Origin: Octopus bimaculoides
Taxonomy: Eukaryota
NCBI RefSeq assembly: GCF_001194135.2
Contig: NC_068989.1
Coordinates: 65,555,441 to 65,589,687 of the forward strand
Reading direction: 5' to 3'
Length of the DNA: 34,247 bases
The notes under the pieces are model-generated. The model made no database searches and was not told the origin of the DNA. It worked only from the letters and a program-made list of their open reading frames with translations. This document shows, piece by piece, positions 10,925 through 22,811 of this stretch (positions within the stretch are counted from its first letter, which is position 1; every line of letters begins with the position of its first letter). Position numbers and translations under genes: made by a program.

Positions 10925-11104
10925 GGCCAGCAATTCCGGGGATGGGGTTAAGTCGATTACATCGACTCCTGTGATTAACTGGTACTTATTTTATCGATTC
11001 CAAAAGGCAAAATCGACCTTGGCAGAATTTGAACTCAGAGCGTACAAACGGACGAAATGCCACTAAGCCTTTTGCCCCGACCTGCTAACGATTCTGCCAG
11101 CTCG
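10925..11104 (-). mobile_element. Family B SINE
   Basis: The minus strand reads CGAGCTGGCAGAATCGTTAGCAGG...CTGAGTTCAAATTCTGCCAAGGTCGA...GATAAAATAAGTACCAG...GTCGATGTAATCGACTTAA, colinear with the 4308 copy, with a short internal deletion. Confidence 0.8.
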
Positions 11105-11302
11105 ATGTCTTTACCGCGTCAAATATTGCTTATAGGTTTGCATAATCAGAATTCACATGCGGCTAAAAAACAACAGCAACAGCAATAATAAACAACAATT
11201 CATTTGAAGTGTATTGAAGAATGTGACTGCAAAAATATCAGAATAGGATTGACTACAAGTAAAAGAAGTTTTTTTTCTCGCCAATTAGAAGATTTAATTG
11301 AA

Positions 11303-11624
11303 GCACTCCGTCGGTTACGACGACGAGTGTCCCAGCTGATAAGATCAACGGAACAGCTTGCTCGTGAAATTAACGTGCAAGTGACTGAGCAATCCACAGA
11401 CACGTGTACCCCTAACGTAGTTCTCAGGGAGATTCAGCGTGACACAGAGTGTGACAAGGCCGGCCCTTTGAAATACAGGTACTACTCATTTTTGCCAGCT
11501 GAGTGGACTTGAGCAACGTGGAATAAAGTGTCTTGCTCAAGGACACAACGCGTCGCCGGGAATTGAACTCACGACCTTATTATCGTGAGCCGAATGCCCT
11601 AACCACTAAGCCACGCGCCTTCAC
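11303..11624 (-). mobile_element. tRNA/CORE-type SINE (family C1), well preserved
   Basis: Minus strand: GAAGGCGCGTGGCTTAGTGGTTAGGGC (A box), GTGAGTTCAATTCC (B box), CORE-like TGTGTCCTTGAGCAAGACACTT...CAGCTGGCAAAAATGAGTA, then a ~180-nt 3' module shared with the 14703 and 24865 copies. Confidence 0.9.
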
Positions 11625-12249
11625 ACAAGTAAAAGTAATCCAAACATATTCCTACCACAAAAATTCATTCTTATTTGGCAGACAGTTTCCCTAGAAATAC
11701 GTTGTCATATAATTTAGCTTTGTAAGCTCTCTGAACGTCTGCTGTCGACGTCTTTGTTGCTACCGTGGTTATTATCGTTGTTGTCGTCGTCGTTGTTAAT
11801 GTTTTTAGCCTCAGACCAGCCTTGATCGAGCGTAGTCATTATAAATAACTTACAAAGCATTCCCGTATTGTTTTCAAGCATATAATAATTTTTCGTCAAA
11901 CGTTTACCTGAACGTCAGGGAATTATGCCCGGTGTATCACAGAACATATTTCCTCGGCGTCCATGAATCATATAATACACATTCCCATTGTTTCTTTTTT
12001 TCAACCACCTGAGTAAAATGGCATATATGAAAAGGAAGGTTTTATATCACTCAATGTATGAAATAAGGGCTTACTAAAAGTCAGTAAACAAACATAGCTT
12101 CCAAGCAATGTTTGCATGAAGATATGCGATCAATCGACGTTCGCCTATCTCCTAGTGAGAATCTTGGCAATGATTACAAACAAGCAGAAATGCGAATGGG
12201 AAGATTATTATTATTATTGTTGTTGTTGTTGTTGTCGTCGTCGTCGTCG

Positions 12250-12311
<62 letters not shown>

Positions 12312-12312
12312 G

Positions 12313-12428
12313 TTCAGTAGTTTTATTCTTATGACGTGCTTTCACTTCACTACCGAGCGTAGTTCTGTGTGCCTTGGGTATGTGCTGTGGTTTGCTGTGA
12401 TGCTCTTATGGTTACTGTATCGAAAGTG

Positions 12429-12430
<2 letters not shown>
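12313..12430 (-). mobile_element. Severely 5'-truncated RLE-type LINE (last codons plus 3' UTR) with (TAA)n-type tail at 12205-12312
   Basis: About 90% identical by eye (roughly 11 substitutions) to 12523-12650. It encodes the same ...TLSIQ* end. Confidence 0.8.
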
Positions 12431-12522
<92 letters not shown>

Positions 12523-12527
<5 letters not shown>

Positions 12528-12898
12528 TAGTCTTATTTTTATAACGTGCTTTCACTTCACTAACGAGCGCGGCTCTGTGCGCCTTGGGTATGTGCTGTGG
12601 TTTGCTGTGGTTTGCTGTGGTGCTCTTATGTTTACTGTATTGAAAGTGTTTTGTGTAGAATGTGTGCAGTACCCAATAGTGCAATTTTCTGTATGTTATA
12701 TATATTTGTAAGTCCTGGTGTTTTTGTTATGTATTTGTCTGAATATTTTTTTTATTATACCTAAGGCACCTACTATGATAGGAATTGTTTCTGTTTTTAG
12801 ATTCCACATTCGAGTTATCTCTATTTCCAGGTCTTTGTATTTTGAAAGTTTTTCCATTTCTTTTAGAGAAACGTTATCATCTGCTGGTATTGATACAT
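12523..12898 (-). mobile_element. 3' end of an R4/Dong-type non-LTR retrotransposon (RLE domain plus 3' UTR), frameshifted
   Basis: Minus strand translates as DVSIPADDNVSLKEMEKLSKYKDLEIEITRMWNLKTETIPIIVGALGIIKK[fs]YSDKYITKTPGLTNIYNIQKIALLGTAHILHKTLSIQ* (stop 12632-12634). The D..E...K..KY..L...W...P..VGALG pattern is the C-terminal RLE of R2/R4/NeSL-group elements. A (TAA)n tail lies at 12431-12522. Confidence 0.9.
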
Positions 12899-13588
12899 NN
12901 NNNNNNNNNNNNNNNNNNNNNNNNNNNNNNNNNNNNNNNNNNNNNNNNNNNNNNNNNNNNNNNNNNNNNNNNNNNNNNNNNNNNNNNNNNNNNNNNNNNN
13001 NNNNNNNNNNNNNNNNNNNNNNNNNNNNNNNNNNNNNNNNNNNNNNNNNNNNNNNNNNNNNNNNNNNNNNNNNNNNNNNNNNNNNNNNNNNNNNNNNNNN
13101 NNNNNNNNNNNNNNNNNNNNNNNNNNNNNNNNNNNNNNNNNNNNNNNNNNNNNNNNNNNNNNNNNNNNNNNNNNNNNNNNNNNNNNNNNNNNNNNNNNNN
13201 NNNNNNNNNNNNNNNNNNNNNNNNNNNNNNNNNNNNNNNNNNNNNNNNNNNNNNNNNNNNNNNNNNNNNNNNNNNNNNNNNNNNNNNNNNNNNNNNNNNN
13301 NNNNNNNNNNNNNNNNNNNNNNNNNNNNNNNNNNNNNNNNNNNNNNNNNNNNNNNNNNNNNNNNNNNNNNNNNNNNNNNNNNNNNNNNNNNNNNNNNNNN
13401 NNNNNNNNNNNNNNNNNNNNNNNNNNNNNNNNNNNNNNNNNNNNNNNNNNNNNNNNNNNNNNNNNNNNNNNNNNNNNNNNNNNNNNNNNNNNNNNNNNNN
13501 NNNNNNNNNNNNNNNNNNNNNNNNNNNNNNNNNNNNNNNNNNNNNNNNNNNNNNNNNNNNNNNNNNNNNNNNNNNNNNNNNNNNNNNN

Positions 13589-13750
13589 CTTCTTCTTCTT
13601 CTTCTTCTTCTTCTTCTTCTTCTTCTTCTTCTTCTTCTTCTTCTTCTTCTTCTTCTTCGTATTTGTTAGGTAGATTGATTTCTTGTTTGTATTTGTCAGC
13701 TTCCTTAAATACTGAAAACAGTTTTTTGTTTTGCTCGTGTTTTGTGGCTA
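13589..13750 (-). mobile_element. Probable upstream part of the same LINE, running into an in-frame (GAA)n array
   Basis: The minus frame TKHEQNKKLFSVFKEADKYKQEINLPNKY-EEEE... is stop-free. It has the same orientation as 12523-12898, and the ~690-nt gap is about the size needed for the CCHC knuckle and RLE start. Continuity across the gap is inferred. Confidence 0.5.
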
Positions 13751-13798
13751 TTTGTATTATTATTATTATGATTATTATTATTATTATTATTATTATTC

Positions 13799-14335
13799 AG
13801 TGAGATATCAGTGCATCCTAATAAAAGTGACACTGAGGTATAATATATGAAGCCCAGTATACACATCATGACTACCCGTCTGATAAGGGTACACCAGGCA
13901 CATGCATCATAACCCATTGTACGTAACATAGTGATCTCATATCAAAATAAACAGCGCATGACCTTGCAAGAGGCCTCCGGTTAGAAATTTCTGCAAGTCG
14001 AGTAGACTATCCTGCTCAAAATGTCCCCGAATAAGGGTTGGTTACAGATGTTGAACGAAACACCCATGCATTCAGAGGTTATTTATTCAAATCCCCCAAA
14101 CTACCTCTCAACACATGGCTAGATGCTTCCCCACTACTTCTGCTCGTGACCAGAGATGTACATGTCACCAGCTACTAAAGGAAATGCTCAACTGGTTAAG
14201 GACACGCAACGGACAAGCAAGTCTATGGTATTGAACAGAATATTTGCTGTAGCCAATGTTTTACACCATGACAAAATATGTACATAATAACACTTCTAAT
14301 CAGTTAAGATCAGAAACCATGAGATCCAGTACCTA
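13799..14335 (-). mobile_element. Non-coding interspersed retroposon-like repeat ending in a (TAA)n tail
   Basis: A higher-GC block whose minus strand ends ...GCACTGATATCTCACTG followed by (AAT)n at 13755-13798. It resembles an abundant octopus repeat recalled from memory. There is no second copy in the window. Confidence 0.45.
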
Positions 14336-14702
14336 GTACGGCATCAGAACATTTGTTTTTGTTGTTGTTGATGCCATGTCATTGCCGTTATAGCCATGGG
14401 GCTGCGATCACGCTGGCACACTAATATTTAAGGAGAAACTTTACAAGCAAGGGTTTAAAACGGTTGCCTGTGGTTCAAGGAAGACTCGACTTCTAATTAT
14501 ACCATGTTATGCAAACATGCAGGGAGCCCCAGTATCTGGCTTATGATATTACATAACTGTTCCTTTTTAAATTATAAAAGTTTCCTCGATGAGGCTATTT
14601 TTAACCTGTTACCGGAAATGATATCTCTTAATATTTCATTTCAGTAGAAATTACCTTAAGTTGTAGAAGATTGATATATACACTTAATATACGAAAGACG
14701 AG

Positions 14703-15058
14703 GGAGGCGCAATGGCCCAGTGGTTAGGGTATCGGAATCGCGATTTCGATTTCCAGACCGGGCGTTGTGTTTATTGAGCGAAAACACCTAAAGCTCCACA
14801 AGGCTCTGGCAAGGGAGGCGGCGGACCCTGCAGTACTCTTTCACCACAACATTGTCTCACTCTTCTTGTTTCTGTTATACCTGTATTTCAAAAGGCCAGC
14901 CTTGTCACACTCTGCGTCACGTTGAATCTCTCCGAGAACTACTTTAAGGGTACGCGTGTTTGTGGAGTGCTCAGCCACTTGCACGTTAATTTCACGACCA
15001 GACTGTTCCGTTGATCGGATCAACTGGGACCCTCGTCGTCATAACAGACACGAGTACC
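14703..15058 (+). mobile_element. tRNA-derived SINE (family C2): different middle region, same 3' module as C1
   Basis: GGAGGCGCAATGGCCCAGTGGTTAGGG (A box), degenerate B box, middle GTTGTGTTTATTGAGCGAAAACACCTAAAGCTCCAC, and the shared module from 14878 TACCTGTATTTCAAAAGGCCAGCC. Colinear with 24865-25244. Confidence 0.85.
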
Positions 15059-17177
15059 ACTACTAAAGATGAATGAAAACAGCCAGCCTCAAATTCAGTT
15101 CATAAGCAGACACATGTGTGTGTGTGTGCGCGCGCGAACGCGCGTGTGTGTGTAATCGACCGCCACAGAGAGGTGGTAAGAACTAGATAGAAATATAATG
15201 TTCACATTTCATACACAGTTGTATTTCAGCCGCTATTAAATTTGAGTGAAAACGAACGTATGTAACTCATATTTAACTCTCCTCTAAGTATATTCCTTAT
15301 TTCAATTATTCAATAAGTATAATGGTGTTGATAACATATATTCATCATACATAATCAAAACATCTGCATCACATGTTATGCAGAGACAAAGTTAGTCATA
15401 ACGGAGCCACCCTCTTCACATCTACGTGGTTTTTGATTCCACTACACAGCGTAACTTACGAGGAAACTATCACACAACATAGGACTACATCAATTGTTTG
15501 TATGTGAACTTTGAAAGATGGAATATGTATGCAATGCTGTCAGAGAAGATGGTTACGCTTTTAGAAGGTTAGACATAATTCGTGATCTAATTTAAAAACA
15601 CAGCATAACCCATGGCAGCATAACCCATAGCGAGATAAATATTCCTGTTGGAATAAACATTCCTCCCTTATTTATGTCTCAGAATCCCCAATAAAAGGTC
15701 ATGGGCACTGACCCACCTTTGAATAAATCTTTAAAAAATAAGATTAAAAAATGATGCAATACTGAAGAACATAAAGCACATTCAATGTGAAAGTATCCGT
15801 ACCTATTTTCTCTTCAACACTGAGAATGAACATTTAGTATCAGGTGGATGGTATTTTTTTCTACGCTTTTATTTGCTAGACAAATTAAAATTAATGTGAA
15901 AAAGTTGCAATCATATGAATCATTGAATTGGTTGCTGCTTACATGTAGAATGGTGAATCAGAAGTAGCAGTAAAGCAGTATAGTCAAGTAGATGGTTGTA
16001 AAGGAATCAAAAATAAATTATTAACGACCGCACGTATACGTACTAATACTACTCTCGATCAAAATAGATAAACAAAAGTAAATAAAATGTTCGCAAAGTA
16101 TTCGTCTTGGCATCGAGAAATGTTGCCATGAGAAACAAAAGACGCATCGTAACGGAACAACTTACGGTTCATCTGAAAAGAAATGTTCTTCGAAGCATCT
16201 CGTGAAGACGGAATAAAAAACTAGAAATATAAACTCGGTTATAATTATGTTGGTGTTACTATTTAATCGTAGTGAGTGGGAAATATCTAATTAAAAAAAT
16301 ACTTATGCTGTGAGGAAAATGAAGAAATAGCGCAATGTCTAATATTACTACTAGAATCATTTCCACAAATAGGGGAGACAATTCGAGTATGTTTCGGTCT
16401 TAAAATACCTCCTCTTAGAAAAACATACTTCTCTGTATTGGCCAAAGCACTGCTTAGAGAATCTTTAATTACGTGAACAACATTGTACACAGATAGGTGT
16501 AATTGCGTAACATATTCAGATGAACACACACACACACACGCAGACATTTAATCATTCAGGTGAATTACTCTGTGACGTTATACCTCTTTGGTTAAGCCAG
16601 TGTTAACATATTAAATGTAGTCTACATCTAATTAGGCACACTTACGTATTGTGGAAAACGAACCATTAGTTCACAGCATATTTCCTTGAAATCATGGGTT
16701 TTTAGAGCTGAATAAAAGAGCTTTGACAAGTATTATCGTATCTCTATCTCTTTCGTCTCCCCCTCCCTTTCTCTCTCACGTGCTATCTCTTCCCCCCATT
16801 CCCCCCCTCTCTCTCTCTCTCTCTCTCCACACACACATAGACTCACTCACACACACACCCATAACTATGTATACTATGCAATAGGTTCTTAACTATTTGA
16901 TGGAATCGCAAGAGCATCGTTGTGCCATATGATGTGTCTCAGGCATTTTAGACTTGCCGGTACCTATCCCCCTTCAATTCTGAGCACAGTGGTTCTCTTC
17001 AATAAATAAATAAAAAAAGATAGACAGAATGATTTGGAGAAAGAAAAGAATCAATTGTGTGCAGATTTCAAACCACTATTATAAAGGCAGCGAGCTTGCT
17101 GAAATCATCAGGGTGTAAGGAAATCCTTCGTAACATTTTTCCTGCTTCTTAGATTCTAACATAGCTAATTCTCCCAG

Positions 17178-17385
17178 GGAGGTGACCTGGCAGAATCATT
17201 AACGCGTCGGGCAAAATGTACAGCAGTATGTCTTAAAACTCTTTATGGTCCGATTTCAAATCCCATCGAGTTCTTCTTTGGCATTCATTTTATCGGAATC
17301 GATAAAACAAATGAAAATTGAATCAAAAACAGGAGTTAGATATAATCGCCTAACACCCTCCTCCGCTAAAATATTCCTCGTTGAC
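17178..17385 (+). mobile_element. Degenerate family B SINE followed by a poly-A run (about 17390-17411)
   Basis: GGTGACCTGGCAGAATCATTAACGCGTCGGGCAAAATG...TTCAAATCCC...TCGGAATCGATAAAA...GATATAATCG. A second head fragment, AAGGCAGCGAGCTTGC, lies near 17084. Confidence 0.55.
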
Positions 17386-19090
17386 ACACAAAAAAAAAAA
17401 AAAAAAAAAAATTAAAACTATATTATTATACATCTTGTAGCCTACTAAACTACTCTCATTCCAGGTCAGGGAGTCATGCAACTTTTATCTAAATTAAACA
17501 AAAATATGAACGACCACCTGTTCATAAAATAAATTGACATATAAAGATAGATGGATAGATAGATTTTACATGTTACTCTATTGCATGTCGATACAGATTT
17601 ATATATTTCAACGATAGCCAAACGATAGGAATTATGTTTATAAATCTGAAAATATGTTACCTGGAAACCACTGCAGATTAGACCGTTCAAAACACAGTAG
17701 AAATGCAAACAATGCGATTAATAGTCCAGAAACCGCTTTATAATACTAAAACGATAACCCGTTTTCCTGCTTATTTGTTTGTTTCATAACCTGACTCCCA
17801 GAGCTCGTAACAAATGCTTACTTTCTAAGCTTACTCTAACTTAGCTATGCAAGCATATATCACAGCAATTATATATAAATACGCGGACGAGGAGAGAAAT
17901 AACGCCAAACACATTAAAAGCATATTGACACAGAAGAGAAGAGTTAATGCAGCTAATAAAGCATGAAAATATATTACCATTTCCATCAACTTGAATCGAA
18001 GTATATTTCTTTCTAACTATATCAAAGCCATTAATAATGACTGCATGCTTCGCTTCGTAGTTAATATTTGAAGAGGAGGAAATGTTTTTTTCTTTTTAAT
18101 TGATATGTCAGTATCACAGGGGTAGAGCGCCTGGTCTTTGAAGATACAAAGCCCATATTGATGTTCAAATTTAAGTTGCTCCTTTATGCACAGCACTTTG
18201 CGACAAACATTCCTCACTATTTAAAGCGTCGCATGTTATTTTATTATTATTATTATCATTATTATTTGCCATATTTAAAACAGAATTCAGTAGATTAAAT
18301 GATAAGAAATTACAGTTAAACATTATTTCGGCAACATATTTGTGTAGAGAACTATGCATACTTATATGCATGTATATCTAGCTACATACGCAAATGCGCG
18401 CGCAAACACACATGGACACATACAACACAAATATATCGGAAAAACCCATATATGCTTCTCAAAGATTCACCACGCTGCTTGGTATAAACAAACGAGAATA
18501 ATTTAAGGGCTATTGATAGCAACAAACTTAAGAGCTTTTGGCAAAAACAAGTATCAGGTGTTTGTACGAGCTGACCTATTTAAGGATTGTTAAACTATTA
18601 TTCAACTCTATAAATTTATAGAAGCGACAGATCTAGCTACAGTTGTTTATAAGTTACTCGTATATTAGTTTATAATGGAATGTCATTTGATCAGCGTTAA
18701 TTTTAAATTTGGATAGAAGACGAGTCAGTTAAAGTGAATCCCGAAAGAAATAAGCAAAATATTACTTACTAATAAACATATTTACTAATAAACATATTAT
18801 TTACTAATAAATAAAGCAGAGATTGTTTTTCTTAGAGGCATACATATTCAAATTTTAAAATTTAAGAAAATTGTAATATCAACATGACCCAAGATGGCCC
18901 AAGTTTTAAAAAAATAAGTTAAAATTAAGTGTAAATAAAAAAAAAATAAAATGAATAAAGGAAAATAAGTTAAATTAAAAGTTATTGAAAGATAATTAGA
19001 TAATTAAAAATAATTAAGAAATTAGAAATATATTTAAGTATAATTAATAATTAATTAAATAGTATAACTGTAGAGTTTAAAGTTTTAAAT

Positions 19091-19093
19091 AAC

Positions 19094-19185
<92 letters not shown>

Positions 19186-19260
19186 TGTTTGTATGTATGT
19201 ATGGATAGATGGATGGATGTGTGGATGGATTGATGCATGGATGTGCAGATTTGTGTGTTT
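19091..19260. repeat. Compound (AAT)n(AAG)n array plus TATG/GGAT-type repeats
   Basis: Direct reading; lies at the 3' end of the minus-strand LINE at 19314-20236. Confidence 0.9.
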
Positions 19261-19313
19261 TATGTATGTATTCTCATGCATATAGTTGAATATCTAGACA
19301 CACTAATATATAT

Positions 19314-20236
19314 TTAAATGATAAAATTCTGGAAAGTTTTATAGATTTTTACAGTTCCAGTGATGGATTGCATCTGCAGTCTTCAGATTAGCTTTCTCCT
19401 TTCTGGTTTTGAGAAGCCTAATTTCTCAAGATTGGTATTTAGGCAGTGTGTTACATATCCCAGGGCCCCAATAATTGCAGGTATAAACCTGAACTTGAAA
19501 TCTAGATAGAGTAACTGCAGATCTTCCAATAGTTCAGCATAGATGTTCTCTTTTTCACTGATATTCAGCTTTATTTTAACATCCGCTGGGCAGCTAATTT
19601 CCACAACTTTGCACAGTTTCTCTTCTCTATCCTAAATCATTATATCAGATCTATTGTGCTTACATTTTATTGAGGTCTTCACTGGTAAATTCAACCAGTA
19701 TTCCTCTTTATTATGAGTGGCTATGGCTTCCACCATATTGTGGGTTTTATTTCTTTGTCCTCGGGATTATCCTTCCGACGGATTTCATTATAGAGTATCC
19801 TAACTGTAACGTCATGTCTCGTCTGTAGATAATACCGTGATGACATTTTCGGACAACTGCTTATGATGGGGGTGATATCTTCAGTGTGAACTCCACAAAG
19901 TCTACATCGGTTGTCACACTTTACGGCTTTACCTACATCTCTATCCCTTTTGTGAATCAGGTACTTGGTTGATATTTCATGTTCCTGGATTGCAAACGTA
20001 GACCCTTCAAAATGGGAGATAGTAATCCGGCTATTCTTCCTTGATAAAGTGCTTTGATGATCGATGTTACTATCCTCACGGAGCTTTCTAGTAACATACC
20101 CATGCATAGTCTTCTGCTCGTACAGGCTCATCCTTTCGTTGATGATACGTTGCGGTAGTGTCCTGCGAATTCTTTGGGCATGTATTCTAGGTTATCAGAC
20201 AAAGAGTGTTGCTCAAGGAGCCTCATATCAAGGCTT
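19314..20236 (-). mobile_element. 5'-truncated, disrupted RLE-type (R4-like) non-LTR retrotransposon, second family
   Basis: CRLCGVHTEDITPIISSCPKM...RHD (CCHC-knuckle remnant, H replaced by P), HNRSDIMI*DREEKLCKVVEISCPADV...EKENIYAELL...PAIIGALG (RLE), and a C-terminus LI*RLQMQSITGTVKIYKTFQNFII*. It carries frameshifts and premature stops. Confidence 0.9.
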
Positions 20237-20488
20237 GTATGTATGTATGTATGTATGTATGTATGTATGTATGTATGTATGTATGTATGTATGTATGCAT
20301 GTATGTATGTATGTGTGTATGTATGTATGTTTGTATGTATGTATGTATGTATGTATGTATGCATGTATGTATGTATGTGTGTATGTATGTATGTTTGTAT
20401 GTATGTATATATGTATGTATGTATGTATATATGTACGTATGTATGTATGTATGTATGTTTATATGTTTGTATGTATGTATGTATGTGT
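20237..20488. repeat. (ATGT)n tetranucleotide array
   Basis: Direct reading; source of the MYVC/HTYI ORFs. Confidence 0.95.
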
Positions 20489-20600
20489 AGGGACAGGTCT
20501 GACAGTGCAATAAGAAGTATGCTTCCCAACCACATGGTTCCAAGTTTGGTCCTACTGCGTGGCATCTTAGTCAAGTGGCTTCTACTGCAGCCTTGCTACA
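20486..20600 (+). mobile_element. 5' fragment of a family D SINE
   Basis: AAGAAGTATGCTTCCCAACCACATGGTTCCAAGTTTGGTCCTACTGCGTGGC matches AAGAAGCTTGCTTCCCAACCACATGGTTCCGGGTTCAGTCTCACTGCGT at about 23618-23667. Confidence 0.7.
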
Positions 20601-21252
20601 CCGCCGCGCCTGCGCCTATGTAGTATTGATAGATTTTTTGTATTTGTCCATATCTATTATCGCATGCATAAGTAAAACAATAGAAGAAAAAGAGGAAAAT
20701 ATGTGAAAAAAAAGTGAATGGGAGAGTATAGAGTAACTGGTGTATAAAGAGATGAAAGAGTAATTAACATTCTAACGTATAAATTAAACGTAGGCAATAA
20801 GCTTCAAACATACATGAAATGGGAACGTAAGTAATATAGCGCTAAACAGAAATGTTTATTGACAAGGAATTTTGCAGGTAAAGATCATAAACTATTTCCA
20901 TCACGTTTTCAAATATAAGAATGTACCTATTAGGTCTTGGTTATTCCATTCAACTGTAAGATCGTAAATTCATTTATCATTTTCCTTATTCAAATATATT
21001 GTAGGTTATAATGGTGTAGGAAATATATTTATTAATTAATCACACAAGTGTAGAACATATGCAACATCAATAAGACACGACCAGTAATGGTGTTATTAAT
21101 AAATAACTACGGTAACATTATAATAGTAGTAATAGTGTTAATGATAAAAACGCAGTTTAATATATTCATATGTGTACATGTATGCATACACACACATACG
21201 TACATACATATATATGTGTGTGTGGATATACATACACACACACGCAGAAACA

Positions 21253-21485
21253 CAGGGTGCGGTAAATAAATTGTTGTCTAAATTAAGCAAAAATAAAAGT
21301 AACACTGACATCTCATTTTAGCAGATAGATTTGCCAAAATTATATGAAAATGTCTTGAAATACTAAAGAGTATATTTATTCAATGAAATTGCTATTGGCC
21401 TCGACCAGGGCATCTAAACCACTTCAGAATTTGCTGCAACTCTTCTGGATGATCTCCATGTTTAAATTGGTGAAGGCAATTTACC
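21253..21485 (-). mobile_element. Right end (TIR plus last codons) of a Tc1/mariner DD37D-type transposon
   Basis: CAGGGTGCGGTAAATAAATTGTTGTCTAAATTA...ACACTGACATCTCATTTTA is colinear with 33006-33230. The minus strand encodes AFTNLNMEIIQKSCSKF*SGLDALVEANSNFIE*. Confidence 0.8.
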
Positions 21486-21525
21486 TATATATATATATAT
21501 ATATATCTGTAAAAATAAGTGTCAC

Positions 21526-21597
21526 GTATTTTTACAGATAAATTCCTCTATTTGCATAACATCGAGGTCTCTTTCTTTCTTTTGTTGTCCTTCCTGT

Positions 21598-21640
<43 letters not shown>

Positions 21641-22811
21641 TTAAGGAATGAAGAAAACGCATGTTATAATTGCATACTTTATTCCTACATATGTTTCAAA
21701 GGATTACAACCTATGTGATCCATAGGGATCNNNNNNNNNNNNNNNNNNNNNNNNNNNNNNNNNNNNNNNNNNNNNNNNNNNNNNNNNNNNNNNNNNNNNN
21801 NNNNNNNNNNNNNNNNNNNNNNNNNNNNNNNNNNNNNNNNNNNNNNNNNNNNNNNNNNNNNNNNNNNNNNNNNNNNNNNNNNNNNNNNNNNNNNNNNNNN
21901 NNNNNNNNNNNNNNNNNNNNNNNNNNNNNNNNNNNNNNNNNNNNNNNNNNNNNNNNNNNNNNNNNNNNNNNNNNNNNNNNNNNNNNNNNNNNNNNNNNNN
22001 NNNNNNNNNNNNNNNNNNNNNNNNNNNNNNNNNNNNNNNNNNNNNNNNNNNNNNNNNNNNNNNNNNNNNNNNNNNNNNNNNNNNNNNNNNNNNNNNNNNN
22101 NNNNNNNNNNNNNNNNNNNNNNNNNNNNNNNNNNNNNNNNNNNNNNNNNNNNNNNNNNNNNNNNNNNNNNNNNNNNNNNNNNNNNNNNNNNNNNNNNNNN
22201 NNNNNNNNNNNNNNNNNNNNNNNNNNNNNNNNNNNNNNNNNNNNNNNNNNNNNNNNNNNNNNNNNNNNNNNNNNNNNNNNNNNNNNNNNNNNNNNNNNNN
22301 NNNNNNNNNNNNNNNNNNNNNNNNNNNNNNNNNNNNNNNNNNNNNNNNNNNNNNNNNNNNNNNNNNNNNNNNNNNNNNNNNNNNNNNNNNNNNNNNNNNN
22401 NNNNNNNNNNNNNNNNNNNNNNNNNNNNNNNNNNNNNNNNNNNNNNNNNNNNNNNNNNNNNNNNNNNNNNNNNNNNNNNNNNNNNNNNNNNNNNNNNNNN
22501 NNNNNNNNNNNNNNNNNNNNNNNNNNNNNNNNNNNNNNNNNNNNNNNNNNNNNNNNNNNNNNNNNNNNNNNNNNNNNNNNNNNNNNNNNNNNNNNNNNNN
22601 NNNNNNNNNNNNNNNNNNNNNNNNNNNNNNNNNNNNNNNNNNNNNNNNNNNNNNNNNNNNNNNNNNNNNNNNNNNNNNNNNNNNNNNNNNNNNNNNNNNN
22701 NNNNNNNNNNNNNNNNNNNNNNNNGTATTTTTACAGATAAATTCCTCTATTTGCATAACATCGAGGTCTCTTTCTTTCTTTTGTTGTCCTTCCTGTCAAA
22801 TATATATATAT
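21526..22811 (+). repeat. ~86-bp exact direct duplication flanking an N gap (21526-21611 and 22725-22810)
   Basis: GTATTTTTACAGATAAATTCC...CCTGTCAAATATATATATA appears on both sides of the gap; probably a contig overlap. Confidence 0.9.

Noticed and set aside
11204-11512. 102-aa ORF; related ORFs at 14841-15023 and 24818-25018
   Set aside because: They are antisense readings of the shared SINE 3' module, so the similarity reflects the repeat and not a protein family.
15601-15630. 15-bp tandem repeat CAGCATAACCCAT(G/A)G
   Set aside because: Two units only; no further structure.
16182-16200. CTGAAAAGAAATGTTCTTCGAAGC as a hammerhead core
   Set aside because: The register of core and stem II is wrong, there is no GAAA and no stem I.
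16287-16547. 86-aa minus-strand ORF with a possible AA|GTATGT donor
   Set aside because: It starts in a (GT)n repeat, has a weak acceptor and no recognisable domain.
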